DNA of 64,000 nt from positions 1-64,000 of the forward strand of contig JBGAJQ010000001.1 of assembly GCA_044224875.1 (NCBI GenBank), read 5' to 3'. Positions 37,899-47,932 of the stretch are shown piece after piece. The notes under the pieces were generated by a model. It was not told the DNA's origin, did no database searches, and worked only from the letters and a program-made list of their open reading frames with translations. The DNA comes from Gemmatimonadaceae bacterium. GTDB taxonomy: Bacteria > Gemmatimonadota > Gemmatimonadetes > Gemmatimonadales > Gemmatimonadaceae. Each line of letters begins with the position of its first letter. The first letter of the stretch is position 1. Both the position numbers and the translations under genes were made by a program.

Positions 37899-38002
37899 GA
37901 ACGTCTGGGGTCACGCAGATCTCCGGGGTGTTTGGCCGCCAGCTTGGGCCGTACATTCCCCTAACCCCTGTCGCACGTCTCTGGCCACTGGCGTAACCAC
38001 GT

Positions 38003-39208
38003 ATGAAGCCTCCATCGCTCACCATTGGCGTAGAAGAAGAGTACCAGATCATCGACCCGCGGACCCGGGAGCTGCAGTCGTACATCACGCAGATCCTCGA
38101 GGAAGACCATCTCATCATCGGTCAGGTGAAGCCCGAGCTGCACCAATCGATCGTGGAAGTTGGGACGACTGTGTGTCGAACGCCCAAGGAGGTGCGCGAC
38201 CAGCTGGTAGCGTTGCGACGAGGAGTGATGGAGCTGGCGGCAAAGAAGGGACTGAAGATCGCCGCTGCGGGCACGCACCCGTTCTCGCACTGGGCCGACC
38301 AGGAGATCACGCCGTTTGAGCGCTACATTGGCACGCGCGAGGCCATGGCACAGCTGGCGCAACAACTGCTCATCTTCGGCACGCACGTACATGTCGGGAT
38401 CGAGGATCCGGACTTCCTGATCGAAGCGACCAATGTCACGCGCTATTTCCTGCCGCACATCCTCTGCCTGTCCACCTCCTCGCCCTTCTGGTTAGGTCGG
38501 GAAACGGGCCTCAAGTCGTACCGTTCGGCGATCTTCCGCGCCTTTCCCCGCACCGGAATCCCGCGGTACATCTCGTCGTTCGCCGAGTACCAGAACTACA
38601 TCACAACGTTGCAGGCGACGGGATGCATTCCCGACGGATCGAAGATCTGGTGGGACGTGCGTCCCCACTGGAAGTACCCGACGTTGGAATTCCGCATCTG
38701 CGATGTCTGCACGCGAGTGGACGAGGCCGTCTGTATCGCCGCCATCCTGCAGGCCCTGGTGTTCAAGGTCTGGAAGATGCGCCGCGACAACATCAGTTGG
38801 CGGAACTACTCCTCCGACTTGATCGACGAGAACAAGTGGCGCGCCGTCCGCTATGGATTGTCCGGCAAGTTGATCGACTTCGGGAAGCAGATCGAGTTAC
38901 CAGCACCGGACCTCATTCGTGAGTTCCTGAGCTGGTTCATCGACGACGTGCTCGACGAATTAGGGAGCCGGCGGGAGGTCGAGTATGCGTTCCGCATTCT
39001 GGATGAGGGAACGAGTGCCGACCGGCAGGTAGCGACCTTCAAGCGTACAGGGAGCTTGAAGGCTGTGGTCGATCAGCTGATTGCCGAAACTGAGGAGGGG
39101 GTGCTTCCCTATCCCGCCCCCGAACTTCCGGCGGATGCCCGATTGCCCGGTACCCGCGCGGTCTCTGAATTGCGGTATGCCGAAAGCGAACAGCAGCCGT
39201 CGCCGTAA
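38003..39208 (+). CDS. ybdK: Carboxylate-amine ligase, GCS2/YbdK family
   Basis: [59 protein letters not shown]. Confidence 0.92.
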   Translation: MKPPSLTIGVEEEYQIIDPRTRELQSYITQILEEDHLIIGQVKPELHQSIVEVGTTVCRTPKEVRDQLVALRRGVMELAAKKGLKIAAAGTHPFSHWADQEITPFERYIGTREAMAQLAQQLLIFGTHVHVGIEDPDFLIEATNVTRYFLPHILCLSTSSPFWLGRETGLKSYRSAIFRAFPRTGIPRYISSFAEYQNYITTLQATGCIPDGSKIWWDVRPHWKYPTLEFRICDVCTRVDEAVCIAAILQALVFKVWKMRRDNISWRNYSSDLIDENKWRAVRYGLSGKLIDFGKQIELPAPDLIREFLSWFIDDVLDELGSRREVEYAFRILDEGTSADRQVATFKRTGSLKAVVDQLIAETEEGVLPYPAPELPADARLPGTRAVSELRYAESEQQPSP

Positions 39209-39249
39209 CGACGCGCCGCCACGGAAATCCACACGCTCAGTTGCCTGAC

Positions 39250-40023
39250 ATGATGAAGAACACTCGACGACCGGTCATCGGTGTGACCACGCAGACGCTG
39301 CATTCGATCGACGGCATCCCGGCCGGGCTGCCGCAGTCGGTCGTGATGAACCAGCGTTACTACATCGCGATCACCCTGGTGGGCGCCACGCCGATCCTGG
39401 TACCGTTGCTGGACGATGAACCGGACGCGTTGCGGGGGATCTACGAAGTGTGCGACGGCATCCTCATTCCGGGCGGGGTCGACGTCGATCCGACCTGCTT
39501 CCGGGAGGCGCCGCACCCCAAACTCGGCCGAATCGACCCGGCGCGCGACCGCGTGGAGCTGCAACTGACGCAGTGGGCCGTGGAAGACCGCAAACCGGTC
39601 CTGGGGTTGTGCCGAGGGCTACAGGTGATCAACGTGGCGTTAGGCGGCACGTTGTACCAGGACCTGGAGGAGCAGTACAAGGACGGCATCAAGCACGACT
39701 ACTTCCCGACCTACGGGTTCGAACGCGACCACTTGGCCCACGAAGTCACCCTCACCCGGGGGACGCGCCTGCGTTCGCTCATGGAGTTGGACCGGATCCC
39801 GGTGAACTCCATGCATCACCAGGGCATCAAAACGCTCGGTCGTGAGCTCGTCGCGTCGGCCGTGGCGCCCGACGGGCTGATCGAAGCGGTGGAGTCGTCC
39901 GACGACCACTTCCTGGTCGGCGTGCAATGGCATCCCGAGGTCTTTGAGATCACAGACCCCCACACGCGACACGTCTTCAGGTCCTTCATCTCGGCCTCCC
40001 AGGAATTTCACGCGCGGCAGTAA
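39250..40023 (+). CDS. puuD: Gamma-glutamyl hydrolase, peptidase C26/PuuD family
   Basis: PGGVDVDP, LGLCRGLQ (catalytic Cys), VNSMHHQ, VQWHPE. Family-level call; alternative TTG start at 39241. Confidence 0.88.
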   Translation: MMKNTRRPVIGVTTQTLHSIDGIPAGLPQSVVMNQRYYIAITLVGATPILVPLLDDEPDALRGIYEVCDGILIPGGVDVDPTCFREAPHPKLGRIDPARDRVELQLTQWAVEDRKPVLGLCRGLQVINVALGGTLYQDLEEQYKDGIKHDYFPTYGFERDHLAHEVTLTRGTRLRSLMELDRIPVNSMHHQGIKTLGRELVASAVAPDGLIEAVESSDDHFLVGVQWHPEVFEITDPHTRHVFRSFISASQEFHARQ

Positions 40024-40237
40024 CAGGTTTTCGATCGCCGTCCCCTCAGCAGGTACTGCTCGGCGACATCATTCCGCCGAGCTTCCGGGACGACCGCCCC
40101 AGACGTCGCCTTTTCCCCGGCAACCCCTTGGGCGAAATCCCCCTGACCGTCCGCTCCGCGAAGCTTCATGCTCGGCGGGCCGGTGTCGAGCAACGAACGC
40201 AAGTGTCCAGCGCCTCTAGCCGACACCGGGGGGGCCC

Positions 40238-41731
40238 ATGGCGCGAGCGATCGACCGAACCCACTTCACCTCAGCGGACTACGCTGCCTTTAGCGCGCGC
40301 CTGGAGTTGAACCTTCAGGCGTTGCAGCGGCTGCTGAACCGTCCGGGCTTCGGCACTGGCGCGCGAACACTGGGGGCGGAGCTCGAGATGTCCATCGTGG
40401 GCGCCGATGCCCGGGCCCTCGGGGTCAATCGCGAGGTATTGGCGCACTGCGGGTCTCCGCGTCTGGCCTTGGAGCTGGATCAGTTCAACCTCGAGTACAA
40501 TCTGGCTCCGGTGCCCGCGACAGGACGCCCCTTCGAAGCGCTCGAACGGGAAATCGAATCGGCGCTAACGTGCGCGAACCGGGGTGCGCAGGCGTTTGGC
40601 GGGCGTATCGTGACCATAGGCATCCTGCCTACGCTCACGGAGGAAGAGCTGGGGAGTAGCGCACTCACGGATTTCACGAGGTACCATGCGCTGGCGGAGG
40701 GAGTGCGTCGGTTGCGTCACACGCCAACGTCGGTCCGGATCCAGGGGGCCGACGCGGTGGCCCTCAAGACGTCGGAGATCACGCTGGAAGGGGCGAACAC
40801 GTCGTTTCAGGTGCACTATCGCACGGATCCGACCGTCTTCGCCGACAGCTACAACGCGGCGCAGCTGGCGACTGGCGTGGTCCTGGCGGCGTGCGGCAAT
40901 TCTCCGATCTTTCTGGGGAACCGCCTGTGGGACGAAACGCGTATTGCCCTGTTCAAGCAGGCGCTCGACTACCGGGACTTCGACGCCACGCGGTGGCGCG
41001 CACCGGCACGGGTGGGATTCGGTCACGGGTGGGTCAGGGAAGGGGCGTGGGAGCTTTTCGCGGAAGGCGCGTCGCTCTTCCCGCCGATCTTCCCCATCTG
41101 CGATGACGAGGATCCGCTGGCGGTAGTTGCGGCTGGCGGCATACCGCAGCTGGCCGAGCTGCGGCTGCATCAGGGAACCGTGTGGCGCTGGAACCGGGCA
41201 ATCTACGACCACGACGGGGGTGGGCACCTGCGCGTCGAGATGCGAGCACTCCCCTCCGGCCCCACACCCGTCGACATGGTCGCCAATGCCGCGTTCCTCA
41301 TCGGGCTCACCCGAGCGCTGGAGGACCGCGTCACGCAGCTGCTGCCCGCGTTCCCCTTCGCCTACGCCGAATTCAACTTCTATCGCTCGGCGCAGCAAGG
41401 TCTTGATGCGATGCTGCTCTGGCCGCCGACACACCTGACCGCCAGCTCGCCGGCCGAAGTGGCGGCTCCGCACGCCGTCCTTACCGGGTTGTCGCTTGCT
41501 GCCGAAGGGCTGGCGTCCATCGGCGTCGACGATGTCGAGGCGGCGCGGTTGTTAGGCATTGTGCGCGGGCGGGTCGAGTCGGGGCAGACGGCCGCTCGAT
41601 GGCAACGTCGTACCTTGGATCGCCTGCTCGAGCGACACGATCGGCCCGAGGCCCTTGCGTTGCTCGTCGAACAGTACATGGCCCACTCGACGTCCGGGCG
41701 GCCGGTCCACGAATGGAGCGATGGCGCCTAG
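40238..41731 (+). CDS. Glutamate-cysteine ligase-like (second GCS2-fold) protein
   Basis: LGAELEM, ELDQFNLEYN, EGANTSFQVH, HQGTVWRWNRAIY, HLRVEMRALPSGPT. Confidence 0.85.
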   Translation: MARAIDRTHFTSADYAAFSARLELNLQALQRLLNRPGFGTGARTLGAELEMSIVGADARALGVNREVLAHCGSPRLALELDQFNLEYNLAPVPATGRPFEALEREIESALTCANRGAQAFGGRIVTIGILPTLTEEELGSSALTDFTRYHALAEGVRRLRHTPTSVRIQGADAVALKTSEITLEGANTSFQVHYRTDPTVFADSYNAAQLATGVVLAACGNSPIFLGNRLWDETRIALFKQALDYRDFDATRWRAPARVGFGHGWVREGAWELFAEGASLFPPIFPICDDEDPLAVVAAGGIPQLAELRLHQGTVWRWNRAIYDHDGGGHLRVEMRALPSGPTPVDMVANAAFLIGLTRALEDRVTQLLPAFPFAYAEFNFYRSAQQGLDAMLLWPPTHLTASSPAEVAAPHAVLTGLSLAAEGLASIGVDDVEAARLLGIVRGRVESGQTAARWQRRTLDRLLERHDRPEALALLVEQYMAHSTSGRPVHEWSDGA

Positions 41732-42527
41732 CGTACCACCGGGCGTTGACCGTTCGTACATTTCCCACGTGCGGATCCTTCCTCCGGCGTGTGCGCTCGC
41801 CATGATGTTGCTGCTGCAGGCATGCACGCGCGACCTGCAGCTGGCGCCCCAACCTCCCCGAGCTGCAGCTACAACCACGACCGGGCCCTGGGCCAGCATG
41901 ATTTTTGTGGCCCGCACGGACAGTGGTGTGGTGGCCATCGACCTGGGCTGGACCCATGCGGACGACGGTCTGCGGCGGACACTGACCACCATCGGAGCTA
42001 CGCCACGTGACGTGCGATGGGTGTTTCTCACCCACGCCCATCGCGATCACATCGGGGGATGGCGCTCCGTCCGTCAGGCGACCTTCGTGATCGGGCGGGA
42101 CGAGCTGCCGTACTTCATCGGTTCCGCCACCTACCACGCCTTCGTCCCGCGGATTGGCGATCGGCTCTTTTCCTACGAGCGCCCCAAAGAGGGAGAGCTC
42201 AAGGTCCTTCCGATCGGCTCGGACACCACGTTTGTCCTGGGTCGCGACACGGTGAGGGCGTTTCCCATTCCCGGACACACGCCCGGTAGCACGGCCTACC
42301 TCTTCCGCGAAACGCTCTTTGCCGGGGATGCAGCGAATTGGCGCGTTACGAGCGGCTTCCGTGGGGCACGAAGCGAGTTTTCGGAGAACGTCGAGCAGAG
42401 CCGCGCCAGCATGGCGGCTCTGGTCAAGCGTCTCGACTCGACGGGGATCGCGTGGCGCGTGCTGTGCACCGCGCACGGAAAATGCGGACTTGCGGACTCG
42501 ACCATGCGGCAGAAGATATTGCGTTAG
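41721..42527 (+). CDS. MBL-fold metallo-hydrolase, probable lipoprotein (start uncertain)
   Basis: THAHRDHIGG, PGHTPGS, LFAGDA, TAHG; LQAC lipobox-like sequence. Confidence 0.85.
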   Translation: MAPSVPPGVDRSYISHVRILPPACALAMMLLLQACTRDLQLAPQPPRAAATTTTGPWASMIFVARTDSGVVAIDLGWTHADDGLRRTLTTIGATPRDVRWVFLTHAHRDHIGGWRSVRQATFVIGRDELPYFIGSATYHAFVPRIGDRLFSYERPKEGELKVLPIGSDTTFVLGRDTVRAFPIPGHTPGSTAYLFRETLFAGDAANWRVTSGFRGARSEFSENVEQSRASMAALVKRLDSTGIAWRVLCTAHGKCGLADSTMRQKILR

Positions 42528-42622
42528 GTCCATCTGGCGTTGATCCTGGGTCACGGCATTGAAGGGAGTGTCGTCAGAAGGTCGGACCTTGGACTGAACT
42601 ACGAGGCTGTGGGAGGTGCGAG

Positions 42623-43024
42623 ATGCGTCGTGCGCTGTTGATCCTGTTGGCCGGTGCTTCGTTGGCTTGCAGCGGCGGACGAACCGCGAGCAGCACGGGC
42701 GCGTTGATGAGTCGAGAGGCGGACGTGATCACCGCCAGCGAAATCGAGCGCGCGCAGGGATTGGTGACCGCTTGGGATGCGGTCGAGCGACTTCGACCTC
42801 GGTTCTTTCGCAACGCGGGCCCCAAGAGCTTTTACGGAGGCTTGGACAACCGACCGATCGTACGCATCGATGAAACGGTTGCCGGCGTCGCAGAAGCGCT
42901 TCGTACCGTCGACATTCAATACGTCCTCGAAATACGCTATTACTCAGCGGCGGATGCGACGGCACGCTTTGGCGGCACATACGGGCGCGCGGTGATCCAT
43001 GTGGTCACGCGGGCACGCCGGTAG
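42623..43024 (+). CDS. Lipoprotein with a TonB-receptor plug-like domain
   Basis: SLAC lipobox; DVITASEI...AWDAVERLRP...IRYYSAADATARFG...VIHVVT. Confidence 0.7.
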   Translation: MRRALLILLAGASLACSGGRTASSTGALMSREADVITASEIERAQGLVTAWDAVERLRPRFFRNAGPKSFYGGLDNRPIVRIDETVAGVAEALRTVDIQYVLEIRYYSAADATARFGGTYGRAVIHVVTRARR

Positions 43025-43058
43025 TCGCGCACTGCACGCTCACCCACTTCGGACGGCG

Positions 43059-44186
43059 ATGTACTCTACTTGCACCTTCTGTTATGCGTCCCTCGGACAG
43101 AACGACGTCGTCGAGTCGTTCCCTGTGGCGCGACGCGTAGCATTCGATCCGAAGAAAGGGTGCTTGTGGGCAGTCTGTCCTTCGTGTGCGCGATGGAATC
43201 TGGCCCCGCTCGAGGAGCGCTGGGAGGCAGTAGAGGAATGTGAGCGTCGCTTTCGAGCGACGTCCCTGCGTTACACCGTTGGAGAAATCGGACTGGCCTG
43301 GTTGGGCGAGACCCTCGAGTTGGTGCGCGTGGGGCCGGCGCTCAAGCCAGAGGTTGCGGCGTGGCGTTACGGTCGCATGCTGACACGCCGTCGCCCCCTG
43401 GTACAGCGCGCGATGGGGGAGATAGCGGCCGCCACGATGCGTGCGGCGCGTGTCTTGTCGCGGTCATCGCACCGACGAGATCCCCGAGCCGCCCTGGCCG
43501 AGCTGGTGTTGCATCTGCATGGAGACCGGGTCGTGGATGTTGTTGGTGCTGACGATACGAGCTCCGGGGTGGATCATCGACCGGTGGCTGTCGTGCGCTT
43601 TCGACATCTCCTGCAAGCCTCACTCGCGCGTCCAGAGAGCGGCCGGCCCTGGGCCCTGCACGTCCCGCACGATCACGGCGTGCTGAACATCGAAGGGGAC
43701 GACGGCGTGCGAGCGGCGGCGCGCATGCTCGCGATCATCAACGGCACCGAACGATCGCGCGGCGGCGGATTTTCGCACGAACTGATCGAAAGTGCGGTCC
43801 GCAAGGTGGAAGAAAGTGCGCGTGCGGACGGGTACTTCAATCGTGTACTTGCCATTGCACTGCGTTGTGACTGGGGACGCACGGACCGTGTGATAGCCGG
43901 CGACGAGATCGGTCAGCAGGTTGAACGATTGGAGCGAGCGGACACCGATGTGCAACGATTGGCGTTCCGTCTCACCGGTCGCACCTTCTGGGGTCATGGT
44001 GGGATCGGCAGTGAGCCGCGCACTGCCTTGCTCGACGTGCCGCTGGTCGATCGGCTGGCCCTCGAGATGGCAGCACACGAGGAAGCCGAGCGTCGCGCAC
44101 TGGAAGGCGAACTAGAGGCACTCGCAGAGGCGTGGCGCGAGGCGGACGAAATTGCAGCGATCGCCGACGCCTTGCTCCGAGACTGA
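43059..44186 (+). CDS. Hypothetical protein with an N-terminal zinc ribbon
   Basis: CTFC...CPSC pair; C-terminal coiled acidic helix (ALEMAAHEE.ERRALEGEL). Confidence 0.7.
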   Translation: MYSTCTFCYASLGQNDVVESFPVARRVAFDPKKGCLWAVCPSCARWNLAPLEERWEAVEECERRFRATSLRYTVGEIGLAWLGETLELVRVGPALKPEVAAWRYGRMLTRRRPLVQRAMGEIAAATMRAARVLSRSSHRRDPRAALAELVLHLHGDRVVDVVGADDTSSGVDHRPVAVVRFRHLLQASLARPESGRPWALHVPHDHGVLNIEGDDGVRAAARMLAIINGTERSRGGGFSHELIESAVRKVEESARADGYFNRVLAIALRCDWGRTDRVIAGDEIGQQVERLERADTDVQRLAFRLTGRTFWGHGGIGSEPRTALLDVPLVDRLALEMAAHEEAERRALEGELEALAEAWREADEIAAIADALLRD

Positions 44187-44293
44187 GCGCGCAACAACGC
44201 CGGGACCACGCGCTGATCACGGGTCCGTGCTGCATCTTCCGTTTGTTAGGCGACGTGACTTGTCACGGCATCGCCGATCACTGCGACGCTCGT

Positions 44294-46066
44294 CTACGGT
44301 CGAGTACCGCCACTCACCTGGAGCGGTGCGTTCTTTCGCTGGAACACAATCTGGCCGCTAAACACCGTCAGCTGGCACTGCAGGTCCTTCAGTTGGTCAG
44401 TGGGCACGGTGTACAGGTCGCGATCCCACACGGCGAGGTCCGCGTACTTTCCCACCTCGATCGAACCTGTCTTCTTCTCCAAGAACATCTGGTGCGCGCC
44501 CCAGATGGTGAACGATCGGAGCGCAGTTCGAACGTCCACGGATTCCGCGGTTCCGAAGGCATTCTTCCCATACGTGCCCAGCATGGTCTCACGAGCGACT
44601 GACGCCCAGATCCCATAGCGGGCAGGAAATGGGGTGACTGGAAAGTCGGAGCTGCCGGCCCACTGAATACCGCGGGTCTGGAAGGTCTTGAAAGGGTTCA
44701 AACGAACGTTGCGGGCGGCTCCAAAATTCCCAGCGTAGGTATCACCGATCCACCACATGAAGGTGGCTGACGGCTCGGGATACGCAGCGTCGTATTGCTT
44801 CTGGAACTGCGCCATCATGGAAATGGCGCGGTCGGTCGGGATGTTGGAGTGGATAATGCCGTGTCGGCGGCCCGACTGTGGATTCGCTTTGAGCGCGGCC
44901 GCGTAACTGTCCATCGTCCAGTCGATCGCCTTGTCGCCGATGGAGTGAACGCTGATGTGGAAGCCGGCGTCGTGATAAGCCTTCACCATGGCGCGTAGCG
45001 TGTCTGGGTTGAACGCGGGATAGCCGCGGTTACCGCGATCGACGTCGGTGAGATTCTTGTTCCAATCATCGTAGAGCCAGGCGGTGCGCGCGCCGCCGCT
45101 CCCATCGATGTAGAGCTTGACTCCGCCGGCGATCACGTGGTCGTCGCCCGTCGATTCGTATGGTTTGGTGGTTGCGGCCTTCTCGGCGATGAGCTTCTGC
45201 GCGGTCGCCATGCTCTGGCCGCCTTGCCACAGCGCGAACACGCGCACGTTCAGCCCACCCTCCTCCTCTAGATTCTTGTATGCGTCCCAGTTGGCCTGCG
45301 CGATGCCGGGATCCTTCAATCCCGTCATGCCTTCCTCGTTCAGGGCGGCCGCCAGCTCCCTCATGGCGTCGTGGAGTTGCGCCGGAGTTTCTGTGGGGAC
45401 CAAACGCCCCACCAGTCCCATCGCCGCTTCCTTCAACACCCCGGTCGGGGTGCGGTCCGGATAACGATCGATCGTGCCATTTGGCGGATCGGGTGTATCG
45501 CGGTCGATCTTCGCCAGCTTCAACGCCGCGGTGTTCGCCGTGAGGTAGTGCCCGGTGGTGTGACCGAGCACCACCGGATTGCCGGGGGAGACGTCGTCAA
45601 TGTCCTTGGCCGTGACCAGGCGGTGTTCGTCGAGCTTCCCTTCATCCCACCCGCGTGCCAGCACCCATCCACCGGCAGGCGTCCCCTCGATGCGGGAGGC
45701 CAGCGCCGTCCGGATGTCCGAGATGCTCTTGGCCTGCGGGTAGCTCACATCCAGCACATACTTTCGCTCGTAGGCCCCGCCAGAGAAGTGTTCGTGCGCG
45801 TCGATCAACCCCGGCGTCACGGTCAGCCCACGTAAGTCAACGCGCTGCGTTTTCCCTCCAGCCAATGCCTGGATGGCCGAGTCCGATCCCACGGCCACGA
45901 TCTTGTGATCCTTGACGGCAATTGCCTGTACAATGCGGTCTTCCGCGTCGACCGTGATCACCTTACCGTGGAAGAGGATCAGGTCCGCATCGTTAGGGTT
46001 CGCGCGCGGGGCGCAGCTGACGGCAACGAGTGCAGCCGCGAGACTTGCGGTGATCGGACGAGACAT
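44294..46066 (-). CDS. Amidohydrolase_3 (YtcJ-like) lipoprotein
   Basis: AVSC lipobox; PGLIDAHEH, PTGVLKE, GVKLYIDGS, HSIGD, GSIEVGKYADL. Confidence 0.9.
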   Translation of the reverse strand: MSRPITASLAAALVAVSCAPRANPNDADLILFHGKVITVDAEDRIVQAIAVKDHKIVAVGSDSAIQALAGGKTQRVDLRGLTVTPGLIDAHEHFSGGAYERKYVLDVSYPQAKSISDIRTALASRIEGTPAGGWVLARGWDEGKLDEHRLVTAKDIDDVSPGNPVVLGHTTGHYLTANTAALKLAKIDRDTPDPPNGTIDRYPDRTPTGVLKEAAMGLVGRLVPTETPAQLHDAMRELAAALNEEGMTGLKDPGIAQANWDAYKNLEEEGGLNVRVFALWQGGQSMATAQKLIAEKAATTKPYESTGDDHVIAGGVKLYIDGSGGARTAWLYDDWNKNLTDVDRGNRGYPAFNPDTLRAMVKAYHDAGFHISVHSIGDKAIDWTMDSYAAALKANPQSGRRHGIIHSNIPTDRAISMMAQFQKQYDAAYPEPSATFMWWIGDTYAGNFGAARNVRLNPFKTFQTRGIQWAGSSDFPVTPFPARYGIWASVARETMLGTYGKNAFGTAESVDVRTALRSFTIWGAHQMFLEKKTGSIEVGKYADLAVWDRDLYTVPTDQLKDLQCQLTVFSGQIVFQRKNAPLQVSGGTRP

Positions 46067-46137
46067 GAATGGGGGCGCCAGGGTTTCGTGTGCCGCAACG
46101 AAGGGCGCTCCAATGTGCCGTCACCCGCTCGGTTCCG

Positions 46138-47820
46138 TCAGGGGCGGGGCGCGGGAACCGCGACGACCTTTGCTGCGACGGCGCCGGGAGCGAGTCGCAA
46201 GGTATCCAGCGCGGCCAGGCGATCTCCATCTCGGCGATTCAACCGTAGCAATGTGTTGGACGGCAAGTCGCAGAACGCCACGCCGCCACGCGAATCGGAC
46301 GTCCCCGTCGCCTCGCGTTCAATCGCCGAGAGCTCGGACGCGGACTTCTCGTATTCCTTCCAGGTGACCGTGAGCGCCACAAATGCGAGGGGGTTTCCGT
46401 TGGCCTGGTTGCGAACCCCGACGCGCAGGGTGGCGCGGTCCGCGTCTGGCCGTCGGCCCAAACAGAGTCTCGCGACGACATCGCGCGTCTCGGCGGCCCG
46501 AAAGGTCAGTCGCTTGGCGTCTCCCTCTTTCAGTGACACCTCGCCCACCGCGGCTGGCATGCCTAACGCGTCGTAATCGGCATGCTCCACGACCACGTCA
46601 AACGACCCAGCGGGCAGTGAGTCCAGCCGGAACGAGCCATTCGCCAGAGAGGTGGTCACGTACGGAGTGCCCTGCAGGCGGATTCGCGCTCCTTCCAGCG
46701 GACGGCGCGCACTATCCTGCACCACACCAGTGATCGTAGACGGCCGCTCGTAGATACGCAGCCCTTCCGCTGTCACATCGCCCCCTTCCTCGCGCAGGCG
46801 AAATACCACCGGTCGCACGAGCACGCTTGGTGCTGCGCTGGTCAGGCCCATGGGTGGAGCGATGGAACGCCCGAACTGCGGCATCCGAATGAACCATCGC
46901 CGCACAATCCACGCACCCGACTTCAAGCGTGCGAAGTGGACTTCCCCGCCGATACGCGAGCTATCTGGGCCAACGTTGTCGAGATTGGTATAGCGATACT
47001 CGACAAAGCGCAGCTCGTAGGTCTTGTTGTCGAGCCACAGTGTCCCGCGCACGTCCCCCACGCTGCGGTCCTTCTCTGGCTCGAAGCCCAAGCCAATAAG
47101 ACCTGGGCGATCCTTGGCGGGAGGCGTGTACTGAAAACAGTGGTCGTCGAGAAACGAATCGGAGAGCAACACGTCGGCGTCGGGTGCATAGTACATCGTT
47201 GCATCCCCTTCCTGTCGCCAAAATCCGCGTGCTGAGAGTGAGTCCGCCGCCAATGAATAGAACGGCCGGTCGACAACGCCCTGCACATCTGATCGCGTTT
47301 CACTCAGCACACGCAGTGTCACTGGATCGACTTCACGGACATACCGCACCAGGCGCGCCTTGAACAGGCGGTCGCGCAACGAAATCTGCGCGGCGGTCAA
47401 CGCGGTTCGTGCCTCATCCCACAGCGATCCAACACGCCCGGCGTCCCGCTCACTTCGTCGGCACAGCGGAATTGCCGTGATCACCACCTCGGGCAGCGAG
47501 TACAGCAGCGCGTCCAGGACCACATCGAGTCTTCTCGTCTCTCCCTCCGCCAGCACGAACGGCTGAGACGAGAAGCGCTTTACGCCAATCCGCTTTGCGT
47601 CCAGATGGTAGCGGCCAGCGGCCGGCGCGCGAATGGCGAACGCGCCGCCTTCGTCGGAAAGCGCTGACCCAATCGTGTGTGACGTGCTATCCAGCAGCGT
47701 CACCAGGACGCCGCTGAGCGGCGCCGCGGACGCCCGCTCCGTGACGGTGCCGCGCACCAGTTGCGCCTGCAACCGGGGCACGAGCAGCAGCAACAACAAC
47801 GTCGTTATTCGAATTCTCAT
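46138..47820 (-). CDS. Secreted protein with carboxypeptidase-regulatory-like domains
   Basis: Signal peptide ending LQA-Q; VRGTV...PLSGV.V.L and ITGVV.D...PLEGA repeats. Confidence 0.8.
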   Translation of the reverse strand: MRIRITTLLLLLLVPRLQAQLVRGTVTERASAAPLSGVLVTLLDSTSHTIGSALSDEGGAFAIRAPAAGRYHLDAKRIGVKRFSSQPFVLAEGETRRLDVVLDALLYSLPEVVITAIPLCRRSERDAGRVGSLWDEARTALTAAQISLRDRLFKARLVRYVREVDPVTLRVLSETRSDVQGVVDRPFYSLAADSLSARGFWRQEGDATMYYAPDADVLLSDSFLDDHCFQYTPPAKDRPGLIGLGFEPEKDRSVGDVRGTLWLDNKTYELRFVEYRYTNLDNVGPDSSRIGGEVHFARLKSGAWIVRRWFIRMPQFGRSIAPPMGLTSAAPSVLVRPVVFRLREEGGDVTAEGLRIYERPSTITGVVQDSARRPLEGARIRLQGTPYVTTSLANGSFRLDSLPAGSFDVVVEHADYDALGMPAAVGEVSLKEGDAKRLTFRAAETRDVVARLCLGRRPDADRATLRVGVRNQANGNPLAFVALTVTWKEYEKSASELSAIEREATGTSDSRGGVAFCDLPSNTLLRLNRRDGDRLAALDTLRLAPGAVAAKVVAVPAPRP

Positions 47821-47932
47821 GCACCCTTCACGATTCTGTAATGCATCGCTCACCGTCGTTTCACCGGCTGCACCGTCATTAGAAGTGAGCGCCTATCGAC
47901 AGACGCTCGAACCCTCTGACGCGGGAGAGTCG

